From contig JBBDSH010000096.1 in the NCBI GenBank assembly GCA_040905045.1, positions 4,927-68,926 on the forward strand: DNA of 64,000 bases, given 5' to 3'. Positions within the stretch are counted from its first letter, which is position 1. Each line of letters begins with the position of its first letter. A program made the position numbers and the translations under genes. The notes below the pieces were generated by a model. It was not told the DNA's origin. It searched no databases and saw nothing but the letters and a program-made list of their open reading frames with translations. The DNA comes from Gammaproteobacteria bacterium (GTDB taxonomy: Bacteria > Pseudomonadota > Gammaproteobacteria > Eutrophobiales > Eutrophobiaceae). Of this stretch, positions 9,495 to 19,323 are shown in pieces.

Positions 9495-12400
9495 TGACGG
9501 ATACGAACGAAAATAATATCAATGAACTGAAGCAGAAGCTGAAGGATCGCATCGTCCTTCTGGACGGCGCCATGGGCACCATGATCCAGAATCTGTCACT
9601 GGAGGAAGCCGATTTCCGCGGTGATCTTCTCAAGGACCACGGCTGTGAACTGCGCGGCAATAACGATGCCCTGAACCTGAGCAAACCGGATGCGATTCTG
9701 AATATCCATCGCGACTTCCTGAAGGCGGGCGCGGATATCCTCAAGACCAACACTTTCAATTCCACCCGCATCGCCCAGGCCGATTATGAGATGGAGGATC
9801 AGGTAAGGGACCTGAACCGTACCGGCGCCGAACTGGCCCGCAAGGCCGTGGACGAGATTCTGGCCGAAGAACCGGACAAGCCCCGCTGGATCGCGGGTGT
9901 TCTCGGTCCCACCAACCGCACCGCGTCCATTTCACCGGACGTCACCGATCCCGGCTACCGTGCCGTGACTTTCGACGATCTGCGCGAGGCCTACTACGAG
10001 GCCGTCGAGGCCCTGGTGGAAGGCGGTGTCGATGCCATCCTGATCGAGACTATTTTCGATACGCTGAACGCCAAGGCGGCCATTTTCGCCGTGCGGGAAT
10101 ACAGCGATGAACACGGTATCGATCTGCCGCTGATGATCTCCGGCACCATCACCGACGCCAGCGGCCGCACGCTCAGCGGCCAGACTGTGGAAGCGTTCTG
10201 GCATTCGGTCCGGCATGCCGAACCCCTGTCCGTGGGACTGAACTGCGCCCTGGGCGCGGAGCAATTGCGCGAATACGTGGACGATCTGTCCCGTATCGCC
10301 GAAACCAATGTCAGTTGCCATCCCAACGCCGGCCTGCCCAACGAGTTCGGCGAATACGATGAGTCACCGGAACACATGGCCGGCATCATTGCCGATTTCG
10401 CCAAAAACGGCCTGGTGAATATTATCGGCGGCTGCTGCGGCACCACGCCGGAGCATATCGCGGCCATTGCGAAGGCCGTCAATGACGCCACACCGAGAGC
10501 CATACCGGAACCGGAGATTCACTGCCGTCTGTCCGGCCTGGAACCCATGATCATCACGCCGGACAGCAACTTCGTCAATATCGGTGAGCGCACCAACATC
10601 ACCGGTTCGGCCCGTTTCGCGCGTCTCATCCGGGAAGAGGATTACGACACCGCCATCAACGTCGCCCGGGAACAGGTGGAGAACGGCGCCCAGATCATCG
10701 ACGTCAACATGGACGAGGGCATGCTGGATTCCGAGGCGGCCATGGTGAAGTTCCTGAACCTGATCGCTGCCGAGCCGGATATCTGCAAGGTGCCGATCAT
10801 GGTGGACTCTTCCAAGTGGGAGGTGATCGAGGCCGGCCTGAAATGCATCCAGGGTAAATCCGTGGTCAATTCCATCAGCATGAAGGAAGGTGAGGAGGAG
10901 TTCCTGCAACGGGCGCGCCTGGCGAAGCGTTATGGCGCGGCCGTGGTCGTCATGGCATTCGACGAACAGGGACAGGCGGATACGCTGGAACGTAAAACGG
11001 AAATCTGCGAACGCGCCTACAAACTGCTGATCGAGCAGGCCGGGTTCGCGCCGGAAGACATTATCTTCGATCCCAATGTCTTCGCCGTGGCCACCGGCAT
11101 TGCCGAGCATAACGATTATGCGCGGGCCTTTATCGAGGCCACCGGCTGGATCACCGATAATCTGCCCCATGCCATGGTATCCGGCGGGCTTTCCAACCTG
11201 TCCTTTTCGTTCCGCGGCAACAATGCCCTGCGCGAGGCCATGCATTCCGTGTTCCTTTACCACGCCATTCAGCGCGGCATGACCATGGCCATCGTCAACG
11301 CCGGTAAACTGCCCGTGTACGAGGATGTCGATGAGGAATTGCGCGAGGCCATCGAGGACGTGATTTTCAACCGGCGCGAGGATGCCGGCGAGCGTCTGCT
11401 GGAAATGGCCACCACGGTCAAGGACGAGCAGGAGGATGAAACGGAGAAGCTGGAGTGGCGGGAAAAACCCGTCAATGAACGTCTGGAATACGCCCTGGTG
11501 CATGGTATTGATGAATACGTCATCGAGGACACCACCGAGGCGCATCAGAGCGCGAATGCCGCCATCGAGGTGGTCGAGGGACCGCTCATGGACGGCATGA
11601 ACGTGGTCGGGGATCTGTTCGGTTCCGGCAAGATGTTCCTGCCGCAGGTGGTGAAAAGCGCCCGGGTCATGAAAAAAGCCGTGGCCTACTTGGAACCGTT
11701 CATCGAGGAAGAGAAGGACGATTCCGATAAGTCCGAAAACGCCGGCACCGTGGTGCTGGCCACCGCCAAGGGCGACGTTCACGACATCGGCAAGAACATT
11801 GTCGGCGTGGTCCTGCGTTGTAATAACTATCGTGTCGTGGATCTCGGCGTCATGGTTCCGGCAGCAAAGATCATCGAGGCCGTGCGCAAGGAGAACGCCG
11901 ATGTTGTCGGCGTCTCGGGTCTTATCACGCCCAGCCTGGACGAGATGATCCACGTCGCTTCGGAACTGGAGCGGGAAGGCATGAGTCTGCCCCTGCTCAT
12001 CGGCGGCGCCACCACCAGCAAGATCCATACGGCGGTGAAAGTCGCGCCGGCCTACAGCGGTCCGACCGTATACGTGCCGGACGCCTCGCGTTCCGTCGGC
12101 GTGGTATCGAAGCTGATGAGCGGCAAGAGTGCCGAATTTGCGCAAAGCATCGCCGAGGAATACCAGCAGCTGCGCGATCAGCGCGACAGCCAGGATAGCA
12201 AGCGCAAGAAGCTGAGTATTGAAAAGGCGCGCGACAATCGGCCGGACTACGACTGGTCCTCCCATGAGACAGCGGCACCCGCATTTACGGGAACGAAGAT
12301 CTTCGAGGATTACGACCTGCGCGAGCTGGCCGGTTACATTGACTGGACGCCGTTCTTCCAGACCTGGGATCTGTCCGGGACCTATCCGCGCATCTTTGAA

Positions 12401-13243
12401 GATGAAACCGTCGGCGAGAGTGCGCGTGAACTGTTTGATGATGCACAGGAACTGCTGGAAGAAATCATCGAGAATAAATGGTTCACGCCGCGCGCGGTGA
12501 TCGGTTTCTGGCCCGCCAGCAGTGTCGGCGACGACATCGAGGTGTACGAGGATGTTGAATCGAACAAGCTGAAGACGGTGATTCATACCCTGCGGCAGCA
12601 GTCACAGTTCCGTCAGAACTCGCGCGCGAATCTGGCACTGGCGGATTACATTGCGCCGAAGGAATCCGGTGTCACTGACTGGATCGGCGGCTTTGCCGTC
12701 ACCTCCGGGCATGAAGTGGATAAACTGGCGCGCAAGTACGAGGAAAACAACGATGATTACCGCGCCATCATGATCACGGCCCTGGCCGATCGTTTCGCCG
12801 AGGCCTTTGCCGAGCGCATGCACGAGCGGGTTCGCAGGGAGTTCTGGGGTTACGCCCCCGACGAAAAGCTGGACAGCCACGCCCTGATCAAGGAGAAGTA
12901 CCAGGGTATCCGTCCCGCGCCGGGTTATCCCGCCTGTCCGGACCATACCGAGAAAGGCATCCTGTTCGATCTGCTGGATGCGGAACAGGCCACGGGCATT
13001 GAACTGACTGAAAGTTTTGCCATGTGGCCGGCCGCCGCCGTCAGCGGCTATTACTTCTCCCATCCGGAGAGCAAGTATTTCGGCGTCGGCAAGATCGAAC
13101 GCGATCAGGTAGAAGACTACGCCGATCGCAAGGGCATGAAACTCCGAGAGATGGAAAAGTGGTTGTCGCCCAACCTGAACTATCAGCCGGGTAAGGAAGA
13201 TTCAAAAGACGAGGATGCCGACGACGATCGCAAGGCAGCTTAA
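9494..13243 (+). CDS. metH: cobalamin-dependent methionine synthase
   Basis: Hcy-binding, pterin-binding, B12-binding ('[15 protein letters not shown]') and AdoMet-activation domains in order; ATG overlaps the metF stop (TAATG). Confidence 0.9.
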   Translation: MTDTNENNINELKQKLKDRIVLLDGAMGTMIQNLSLEEADFRGDLLKDHGCELRGNNDALNLSKPDAILNIHRDFLKAGADILKTNTFNSTRIAQADYEMEDQVRDLNRTGAELARKAVDEILAEEPDKPRWIAGVLGPTNRTASISPDVTDPGYRAVTFDDLREAYYEAVEALVEGGVDAILIETIFDTLNAKAAIFAVREYSDEHGIDLPLMISGTITDASGRTLSGQTVEAFWHSVRHAEPLSVGLNCALGAEQLREYVDDLSRIAETNVSCHPNAGLPNEFGEYDESPEHMAGIIADFAKNGLVNIIGGCCGTTPEHIAAIAKAVNDATPRAIPEPEIHCRLSGLEPMIITPDSNFVNIGERTNITGSARFARLIREEDYDTAINVAREQVENGAQIIDVNMDEGMLDSEAAMVKFLNLIAAEPDICKVPIMVDSSKWEVIEAGLKCIQGKSVVNSISMKEGEEEFLQRARLAKRYGAAVVVMAFDEQGQADTLERKTEICERAYKLLIEQAGFAPEDIIFDPNVFAVATGIAEHNDYARAFIEATGWITDNLPHAMVSGGLSNLSFSFRGNNALREAMHSVFLYHAIQRGMTMAIVNAGKLPVYEDVDEELREAIEDVIFNRREDAGERLLEMATTVKDEQEDETEKLEWREKPVNERLEYALVHGIDEYVIEDTTEAHQSANAAIEVVEGPLMDGMNVVGDLFGSGKMFLPQVVKSARVMKKAVAYLEPFIEEEKDDSDKSENAGTVVLATAKGDVHDIGKNIVGVVLRCNNYRVVDLGVMVPAAKIIEAVRKENADVVGVSGLITPSLDEMIHVASELEREGMSLPLLIGGATTSKIHTAVKVAPAYSGPTVYVPDASRSVGVVSKLMSGKSAEFAQSIAEEYQQLRDQRDSQDSKRKKLSIEKARDNRPDYDWSSHETAAPAFTGTKIFEDYDLRELAGYIDWTPFFQTWDLSGTYPRIFEDETVGESARELFDDAQELLEEIIENKWFTPRAVIGFWPASSVGDDIEVYEDVESNKLKTVIHTLRQQSQFRQNSRANLALADYIAPKESGVTDWIGGFAVTSGHEVDKLARKYEENNDDYRAIMITALADRFAEAFAERMHERVRREFWGYAPDEKLDSHALIKEKYQGIRPAPGYPACPDHTEKGILFDLLDAEQATGIELTESFAMWPAAAVSGYYFSHPESKYFGVGKIERDQVEDYADRKGMKLREMEKWLSPNLNYQPGKEDSKDEDADDDRKAA

Positions 13244-13250
13244 AGGCAGC

Positions 13251-13291
13251 TACAAGGCACAAGGCACAAGGTACAAGGTACAAGGTACAAG
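13251..13291. repeat. heptanucleotide tandem repeat (G[C/T]ACAAG x about 6)
   Basis: tacaaggcacaaggcacaaggtacaaggtacaaggtacaag immediately after the metH stop. Confidence 0.9.
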
Positions 13292-13300
13292 TAACAGCTG

Positions 13301-13450
13301 AACCCTGGTTGTGGGAGTGCCGCCCTCGGCGCGAATAAAATGATTCGCAGCCGGGTGGCCGCTCCCACAATCAGGGTTTGGCATTGGGGTGAAACGAAGC
13401 TCGTAGGAGGCGCGCCCCCGCGCCGAATTACCAGTCACCGATTACGAATC
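13301..13450. repeat. composite inverted-repeat element, family D
   Basis: aaccctggttgtgggagtgccgccctcggcgcgaataaaatgattcgcagccgggtggccgctcccacaatcagggttt, then gtgaaacgaagctcgtaggaggcgcgcccccgcgccgaattac. Confidence 0.8.
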
Positions 13451-13476
13451 ATACCGAATGTGGTTATCATGACCGC

Positions 13477-14370
13477 ATGTCTCAATTCTTTTCCGACACC
13501 CCCGCCGGTCTCATGGACGAACTGGAACGACAATTCCTGGACGCCGACCTTTTTTATGGCCACGGCACCGACAACGCCCGCGACGAGGCGGCTTACCTGG
13601 TGTTGGGCGCCCTGCAGCTGCCTTTCGATGCCGATGAAGACGTACTCAATCAATCCCTGACGGATGAACAATGCGAACGCGTGCGTAACCTCGCGGCGGA
13701 ACGCATTCAAACACGCTGGCCGGTCGCCTACCTGATCAACCAGGCCTGGTTCTGCGGCCTGCCGTTTTATGTGGATGAGCGCGTGCTTATACCCCGTTCA
13801 CCCATCGCCGAATTGATCGAGGAGCGATTCATTCCCTGGGCGGATGAAGAGAAGGTTACCCGGATTATGGATATCGGCACCGGCAGCGGTTGTATCGCCG
13901 TCGCCTGCGCCCTGGCTTTCCCCGGCGCCCGTGTCGATGCTGTTGACGTCAGCGAGGAAGCATTGGCCGTGGCGAAGATCAATATCGAACAGCACGCTGT
14001 CGGCGACAGTGTCCGGGTCGTGCAATCGGACATATTCGAAAACCTGCCGGACGAACTCTACGATTTGATCGTCGCCAACCCGCCCTATGTGGATTTCGGG
14101 GAAATGCAGGATCTGCCGGAGGAATACCGTCACGAACCGGGCGAGGTGGCGCTCGCCGCCGGCAGCGACGGTCTGGATATAGTACGGCGTATCCTTGCCG
14201 GGGCGAGGCAACATCTCAACCCCGGCGGTATCCTGATCGTCGAAGTGGGCAACAGCCGTCAGGCTCTGGAACATGCATTTCCCGATATGCCGTTTACCTG
14301 GCTGGAATTCGAGCGCGGCGGGCAGGGCGTGTTTCTGTTATCAGCCGAACAATTGGATCCTGTTCATTAA
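13477..14370 (+). CDS. prmB: 50S ribosomal protein L3 N5-glutamine methyltransferase
   Basis: 'LIVANPPYV', 'EYRHEPGEVALAAGSDGLDIVRRI' and 'FTWLEFERGGQGVFLL' match PrmB. Confidence 0.8.
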   Translation: MSQFFSDTPAGLMDELERQFLDADLFYGHGTDNARDEAAYLVLGALQLPFDADEDVLNQSLTDEQCERVRNLAAERIQTRWPVAYLINQAWFCGLPFYVDERVLIPRSPIAELIEERFIPWADEEKVTRIMDIGTGSGCIAVACALAFPGARVDAVDVSEEALAVAKINIEQHAVGDSVRVVQSDIFENLPDELYDLIVANPPYVDFGEMQDLPEEYRHEPGEVALAAGSDGLDIVRRILAGARQHLNPGGILIVEVGNSRQALEHAFPDMPFTWLEFERGGQGVFLLSAEQLDPVH

Positions 14371-14396
14371 TAAAGCCACAGAGGATCTCAACAGTT

Positions 14397-14549
14397 GTAG
14401 CCCGAATGCAGGCCGGAGAGCCTGTGCCGGCATGTAGTAAGCCGGTACCGGAATCCGGGTTACGGTCTTTTCCAGTGGCTTCTCGTGGTTATCGTGAACC
14501 ATATGCTCCTGTTGGTTTCCCGGATTCCGCTTCGCTACATCCGGGCTAC
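14397..14549. repeat. pair of family-A REP-like units in opposite orientation
   Basis: gtagcccgaatgcaggccggagagcctgtgccgg... and ccggattccgcttcgctacatccgggctac. Confidence 0.75.
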
Positions 14550-14560
14550 TGAGTTTTATA

Positions 14561-14642
14561 AGCCACAGAGGATCACAGAGAAGCACAGAGTAAGATGAAC
14601 TTCTGTTTTCTCGGTGTCCCTCTGTGATCCTCTGTGGCTTAT
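14561..14642. repeat. MITE-like element, family C (CCACAGAGGATCACAGAG ... CTCTGTGATCCTCTGTGG)
   Basis: perfect about 18-bp terminal inverted repeats; second copy at 19184-19257; partial at 14375-14395. Confidence 0.85.
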
Positions 14643-14788
14643 AAAAATGCTGTTTAATAACCGGCGATGTCGGGCTATAGTACGGGAAAAGCCCGATTCC
14701 GGCGTCATTAATAAACATGGCAAGAAATCAATAATCGACCAAACCAGCTACCATTGCCCGGCTGTTCCGGGAAACCAGAGGGGAATCC

Positions 14789-16522
14789 ATGAAGTTCGTT
14801 AAAAGCTGCGCCGTTTTTGTCCTGTTCTCAACCGTTTTCAATCTTCCAGTCTTCGCCGATACAACCTCGCCGGTAACGGATACCATGCTCCAGAACCCGG
14901 ATCCCGGCGACTGGCTCATGTGGCGTCGTACCCTGAACAGCTGGGGCTACAGTCCGCTGGAACAGGTGAACCGCGATAATGTGGATCAACTGGCTCTGGT
15001 CTGGGCGCGGCCCCTGAGCGAGGGCATACAGGAAGGCACGCCGCTGGTACATGAAGGCATTATGTACATGCCCAATCCACTCGATATCGTGCAGGCAATC
15101 CGGGCCGACACCGGCGACGTGCTCTGGCAATACCGGCGCAAACTGCCCGATGACCTCCGCGTTCCCTTTCCTTCCATCAACCGCAACATCGCCATCCATG
15201 GCAACCTGATCATCGACACCAGCGCCGATGATTACGTCTATGCACTGGACAAGGATGCCGGCAAGCTGGTGTGGGAGACGCAGATACTGGATTACCGCGA
15301 ACACCCGGCCCAGCAGACCTCGGGTCCCATCATTGCGAACGGCAAGGTCATCAGCGGCCGCGGCTGCGAACCCAGGGGCGGGCCGGAATCGTGCGTCATC
15401 ACCGCCCATGACGCCGAAACCGGTGAGGAACTCTGGCGCACGCCCACGATTGAGAAGCCGGGAGGAAAAAATGACAGCTGGGGCGGTATTCCTTATGAAG
15501 AACGTCTGCATGTGGGCACCTGGCTGGTGCCTTCCTATGACCCGGAACTGAATCTGATCTATTTCGGTACTTCTGTTACATCTCCGGCGCCGAAATTCAT
15601 GCTCGGCGGTAATGACAACAAATACCTGTATCACAATTCCACCCTGGCGCTGAACGCGGATACCGGCGGGATTGTCTGGTATTACCAGCATCTGGTGGAT
15701 CACTGGGATCTGGATCACGCCTTCGAGCGCTTGCTTATCGACACGGTAGTGGCGCCGGATGAAGACGAGGTGACCTGGATCAACCCGAACCTTAAGCCCG
15801 GTGAAAAACGTAAGGTGGTCACCGGTGTGCCCGGCAAGAACGGCGTGGTCTATACCCTGGATCGCAAGACCGGTGAATTCCTCTGGGCGCGCCCCACCAT
15901 CTACCAGAATGTTCTTAAGGATATTGATACCGCCACTGGTGAGGCGATGGTAAATCCGGAAGTGCTCTTTCACGAGCAGGGAGATGTAAAGGATATCTGT
16001 CCCAGCGGTCATGGCGGCAAGAACTGGCCGGCGGGTTCCTACAGCCCGAAGACCGGTGCCATGTATATGCCCATGCAGAATACCTGCAGCACCATTACCG
16101 TGGTGCCGGATGCATCGAGCGTCGAATCCGTTTATGGATTCAGTGCGCGGCCGATGATCGCGCCGGGGAAAAAGAATGTGGGTGCCATACATTCCATTTC
16201 CGTGGAGACCGGCAAGACACTGTGGAAATACGAGCAGCGTGCGGCGACCACGTCATTGCTGGCGACCGCCGGCGGACTGCTGTTCAGTGGTGACGTCAAC
16301 GGCCGCTTCCGCGCCCACGATCAGAAGACCGGTAAAATAATATGGGAAGTCAATCTCGGTTCCCAGGTGACCGGTTATCCCGTTACCTACAGGGTGGGTG
16401 GCAGGCAGTATGTGGCCGTGAGCACCGGCTCCGCCTGGTCCACCAGCGGCCTGCTCGGCCTCACCCCGGAATTGCGTTCCAGTAATGCGAATATGCTTTT
16501 TGTTTTCGCCTTACCGCGCTGA
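14789..16522 (+). CDS. PQQ-dependent dehydrogenase, methanol/ethanol family (signal peptide)
   Basis: eight W-motif propeller pattern, 'ALDKDAGKLVWET' signature, C-terminal 'GYPVTYRVGGRQYVAV'; the MDH-type vicinal Cys-Cys is absent. Confidence 0.75.
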   Translation: MKFVKSCAVFVLFSTVFNLPVFADTTSPVTDTMLQNPDPGDWLMWRRTLNSWGYSPLEQVNRDNVDQLALVWARPLSEGIQEGTPLVHEGIMYMPNPLDIVQAIRADTGDVLWQYRRKLPDDLRVPFPSINRNIAIHGNLIIDTSADDYVYALDKDAGKLVWETQILDYREHPAQQTSGPIIANGKVISGRGCEPRGGPESCVITAHDAETGEELWRTPTIEKPGGKNDSWGGIPYEERLHVGTWLVPSYDPELNLIYFGTSVTSPAPKFMLGGNDNKYLYHNSTLALNADTGGIVWYYQHLVDHWDLDHAFERLLIDTVVAPDEDEVTWINPNLKPGEKRKVVTGVPGKNGVVYTLDRKTGEFLWARPTIYQNVLKDIDTATGEAMVNPEVLFHEQGDVKDICPSGHGGKNWPAGSYSPKTGAMYMPMQNTCSTITVVPDASSVESVYGFSARPMIAPGKKNVGAIHSISVETGKTLWKYEQRAATTSLLATAGGLLFSGDVNGRFRAHDQKTGKIIWEVNLGSQVTGYPVTYRVGGRQYVAVSTGSAWSTSGLLGLTPELRSSNANMLFVFALPR

Positions 16523-16535
16523 ATAATTGTTCACA

Positions 16536-16649
16536 GTTCGTGCACAGACCGGGAACATATAAGCAGACCGTATGCGGCAAGGATGCCGCATTCGAGCTAC
16601 ACGGATGTATTTACCGCGTGTCTGCGTTATGTTCCCGGTTTGTGCACCG
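16536..16649 (+). promoter_or_regulatory. long inverted repeat / nested hairpins between the two PQQ-dehydrogenase genes
   Basis: arms gttcgtgcacagaccgggaacat (16536-16558) and atgttcccggtttgtgcaccga (16628-16649); inner hairpin tgcggcaaggatgccgca. Confidence 0.5.
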
Positions 16650-16699
16650 ATTGATAACGGCTATATAGAGGCAAGCATGAATCCAATACAAACCGCGGA

Positions 16700-18859
16700 A
16701 TGATCATGAAAGCAATATATAAATTCGTACCAACAGTCTTGCTATTTGGATTGTCTGGCGTACCTCTGCAGTCGGCTGCACAAACCGGCCCGATTTATAC
16801 TGACGCCCAGGCTAAGCAGGGCAAACAGGCCTATGATCGCAACTGCGCCGCCTGCCACGGTCCGGAACTGGACGGCGGGACACTGGGCCCGGCCCTGAAA
16901 GGGGAGACCTTCGAGGGCCGCTGGGCCGGCAAGTCCCTGGCCGATCTGTTCCATTACATCAAGAACAACATGCCGCCGACCAATCCAGGCAGTCTCAGTA
17001 ATGGCGAGACAACCAACCTGCTGGCCTACATTCTCGGACATAACGATGTCGGCAGCGGCGATCAGCCATTGCCGAATACCTACGAAGGTCTGACTGGATT
17101 AAGAATGCCCGGTGACGCCCTGTCGGAACAGGAACGCATGCGTCTTGGACCCGGCGGCCCCGTCAGTCCCAATGCGCAAATGCCGGACTGGCCGACCCAT
17201 GCCAATCCGCTGGAAGACTACACCTCCGTTACCGATGAGATGCTCAATAATCCGCCGGCGGAAACCTGGCCCAGCTGGCGCCGTTCCCTGGACGGCACGG
17301 GCTTCAGCCCGCTGGATGGGATCAACAGCGACAATGCCGGGCAATTGCAACTGGACTGGTCCATGACGCTGCCGCCGGGACCCAATGAATCGACGCCGCT
17401 GTATCACAACGGTGTATTGTTCGTGCACAGCTTCGGCGACAACGTCCAGGCGTTTGACGCCGTTACCGGCAATCAGCTCTGGCATTATCGCCGGCAACTG
17501 CCCGATGCCGCGCCGCCGACGTTCAAGAAATCCATTGCGCTTTATGGTGACAAGGTTTATTTCGGCACCTCCGATCTCAATGTGGTAGCGCTGGACGCAA
17601 AAACCGGTTCGGTGATCTGGGATCGGCCGGTGGCGGAACTGGACAAGGGCTTTGACATTACCGGTGGCCCCCTTGTGGTCCGGGGCAGGGTCATGATCGG
17701 CATCGCCGGCACCGCCGGCGGACCGGGCGGCGGCTACATTGTCGCCCTGGATTCGGAAACCGGCAAGGAAGCCTGGCGTTTCTACAGTATTGCCCGGCCC
17801 GGCGAACACGGCGGCAATTCCTGGAACGATCTGCCTCTGGAAAAACGCACCGGCGGATCGGTCTGGGTGCCCGGCAGTTATGATGAGGAAACCAACCTGG
17901 CGTTTTTCGGCCCCGGGCCCACCTACGATACCGCGCCTTTGCGCGATCAGGCGGACAAGCCGGGTGTGAGTAATGACGCCCTCTATACCAATGCCACCCT
18001 GGCCATCGATCCGGAGACGGGCGAGCTGGTCTGGTATTATCAGCACCTGGCCAACGATCAATGGGACATGGATTTCGCCTTTCAGCGGCACCCGCTCGAT
18101 TTGACGGTGGACGGCGAGGAACGGCATGTCATTCTGACCGGCAACAAGGCGGGCGTTTACGACGCCCTGGACGCGGACACCGGTGAATACCTGTTTTCCT
18201 TCGATCTGGGTATCCAGAATTTCATTACCGACATCGATCCGGAAACGGGCGAGAAGACCGTGGACAGGAAACTGGTACCCGGTGGCGAGAACCTGGGCCG
18301 GACCCTGACCATCTGCCCCCATGCCGGCGGCGGCAAGAACTGGATACCCGATGCCGTCAATCCGCATACCAATACAATATTCATTCCGCTGTCGGAAACC
18401 TGCATGGATCTGATCCCGGTGAACAAGGGCGAGACTGCACTTATGTCCGGCGGTTTCCGTTTTACCATCCGTGAAGTACCGGGCTCGGATGGCCGTTTCG
18501 GCCGCATACAGGCTGTCGATCTGACCACCGGGCAAACCGTCTGGCAGGCGCGTGAACGCCCGGCACCGTCCACCGGCATCCTGGCCACGGCGGGCAATCT
18601 TATTTTCGCCGGCTTCCTGGATCGATCCTTTGCCGCCTACGATCAGACTACCGGCGAACGCCTGTGGCATCGGGTATTGACCGATGTGCCCAGCGCCGCC
18701 CCGATTACTTATGCCATTGACGGCAAACAGTATGTGGCAGTGGTGGTCGGTTACGGCAGTCATTGGAGCGTCACCGAGGCCATACTGACGCCGGAAATCA
18801 CACTGCCGGTATCGCGCAGTTCGTCCATCTGGGTCTTTTCACTGCCGGATGGCGAGTAA
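16700..18859 (+). CDS. cytochrome c (N-terminal, CAACH) / PQQ-dependent dehydrogenase fusion
   Basis: 'NCAACHGPELDGG' heme c motif in the first about 120 aa, then PQQ propeller ('ALDAKTGSVIWDR', 'ITYAIDGKQYVAVVVGYG'). Confidence 0.7.
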   Translation: MIMKAIYKFVPTVLLFGLSGVPLQSAAQTGPIYTDAQAKQGKQAYDRNCAACHGPELDGGTLGPALKGETFEGRWAGKSLADLFHYIKNNMPPTNPGSLSNGETTNLLAYILGHNDVGSGDQPLPNTYEGLTGLRMPGDALSEQERMRLGPGGPVSPNAQMPDWPTHANPLEDYTSVTDEMLNNPPAETWPSWRRSLDGTGFSPLDGINSDNAGQLQLDWSMTLPPGPNESTPLYHNGVLFVHSFGDNVQAFDAVTGNQLWHYRRQLPDAAPPTFKKSIALYGDKVYFGTSDLNVVALDAKTGSVIWDRPVAELDKGFDITGGPLVVRGRVMIGIAGTAGGPGGGYIVALDSETGKEAWRFYSIARPGEHGGNSWNDLPLEKRTGGSVWVPGSYDEETNLAFFGPGPTYDTAPLRDQADKPGVSNDALYTNATLAIDPETGELVWYYQHLANDQWDMDFAFQRHPLDLTVDGEERHVILTGNKAGVYDALDADTGEYLFSFDLGIQNFITDIDPETGEKTVDRKLVPGGENLGRTLTICPHAGGGKNWIPDAVNPHTNTIFIPLSETCMDLIPVNKGETALMSGGFRFTIREVPGSDGRFGRIQAVDLTTGQTVWQARERPAPSTGILATAGNLIFAGFLDRSFAAYDQTTGERLWHRVLTDVPSAAPITYAIDGKQYVAVVVGYGSHWSVTEAILTPEITLPVSRSSSIWVFSLPDGE

Positions 18860-18866
18860 GAAACCT

Positions 18867-19000
18867 GTAGCCCGGATGCAGCGAAGCGTAATCCGGGAAG
18901 AACGAATCATCGGATGCATTGAATCCCGGATTCCGGCCTTCATCCGGGCTACGGGGTGGTGATAGGCGGTAGCCCGGATGGAGCGTAGCGCAATCCGGGG
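18867..19000. repeat. three family-A REP-like units
   Basis: gtagcccggatgcagcgaagcgtaatccggg; cccggattccggccttcatccgggctac; gtagcccggatggagcgtagcgcaatccgggg. Confidence 0.85.
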
Positions 19001-19035
19001 AATATGTTCTCGGAATGAATCGCCTGAAAAATTCC

Positions 19036-19113
19036 GGATCTCGCAAAGATCGCCAAGAACGCCAAGAGAACAGAAGTTGATATATTGCTTTGCGATCTTT
19101 GCGCCCTTTGCGA
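19036..19113. repeat. MITE-like element, family B
   Basis: ggatctcgcaaagatcgccaagaacgcc ... gatctttgcgccctttgcgagag. Confidence 0.8.
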
Positions 19114-19183
19114 GAGTTCAATAACCTTTCAACCCTGGCAAGAAAGCAGGGAAACACACGGCCATGGATCCACTTCAATATCC

Positions 19184-19257
19184 GCCACTGAGGATCACAG
19201 AGGAACACAGAGTATACGGATCCGTTTTTCTCTGTGATCTCTGTGCCCTCTGTGGCA
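19184..19257. repeat. MITE-like element, family C
   Basis: ccactgaggatcacagaggaacacagag ... ctctgtgatctctgtgccctctgtgg. Confidence 0.8.
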
Positions 19258-19323
19258 AAGATCAAGTTTCGTTATGCCAGTGAGTCATCTATAGTGATTG
19301 CAACCGGATGACCGATTCCGCCC

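Noticed and set aside
10364-12586. 740-aa ORF on the minus strand
   Set aside because: Lies entirely antisense to metH. Its product is a low-complexity Arg/Gly/Asp/His-rich sequence typical of shadow ORFs in high-GC DNA.
14828-16192. 454-aa minus-strand ORF
   Set aside because: Antisense to the first PQQ dehydrogenase. No recognisable domain, composition-driven.
17099-18763. 554-aa minus-strand ORF
   Set aside because: Antisense to the cytochrome c-PQQ dehydrogenase gene. Gly/Arg-rich shadow ORF.
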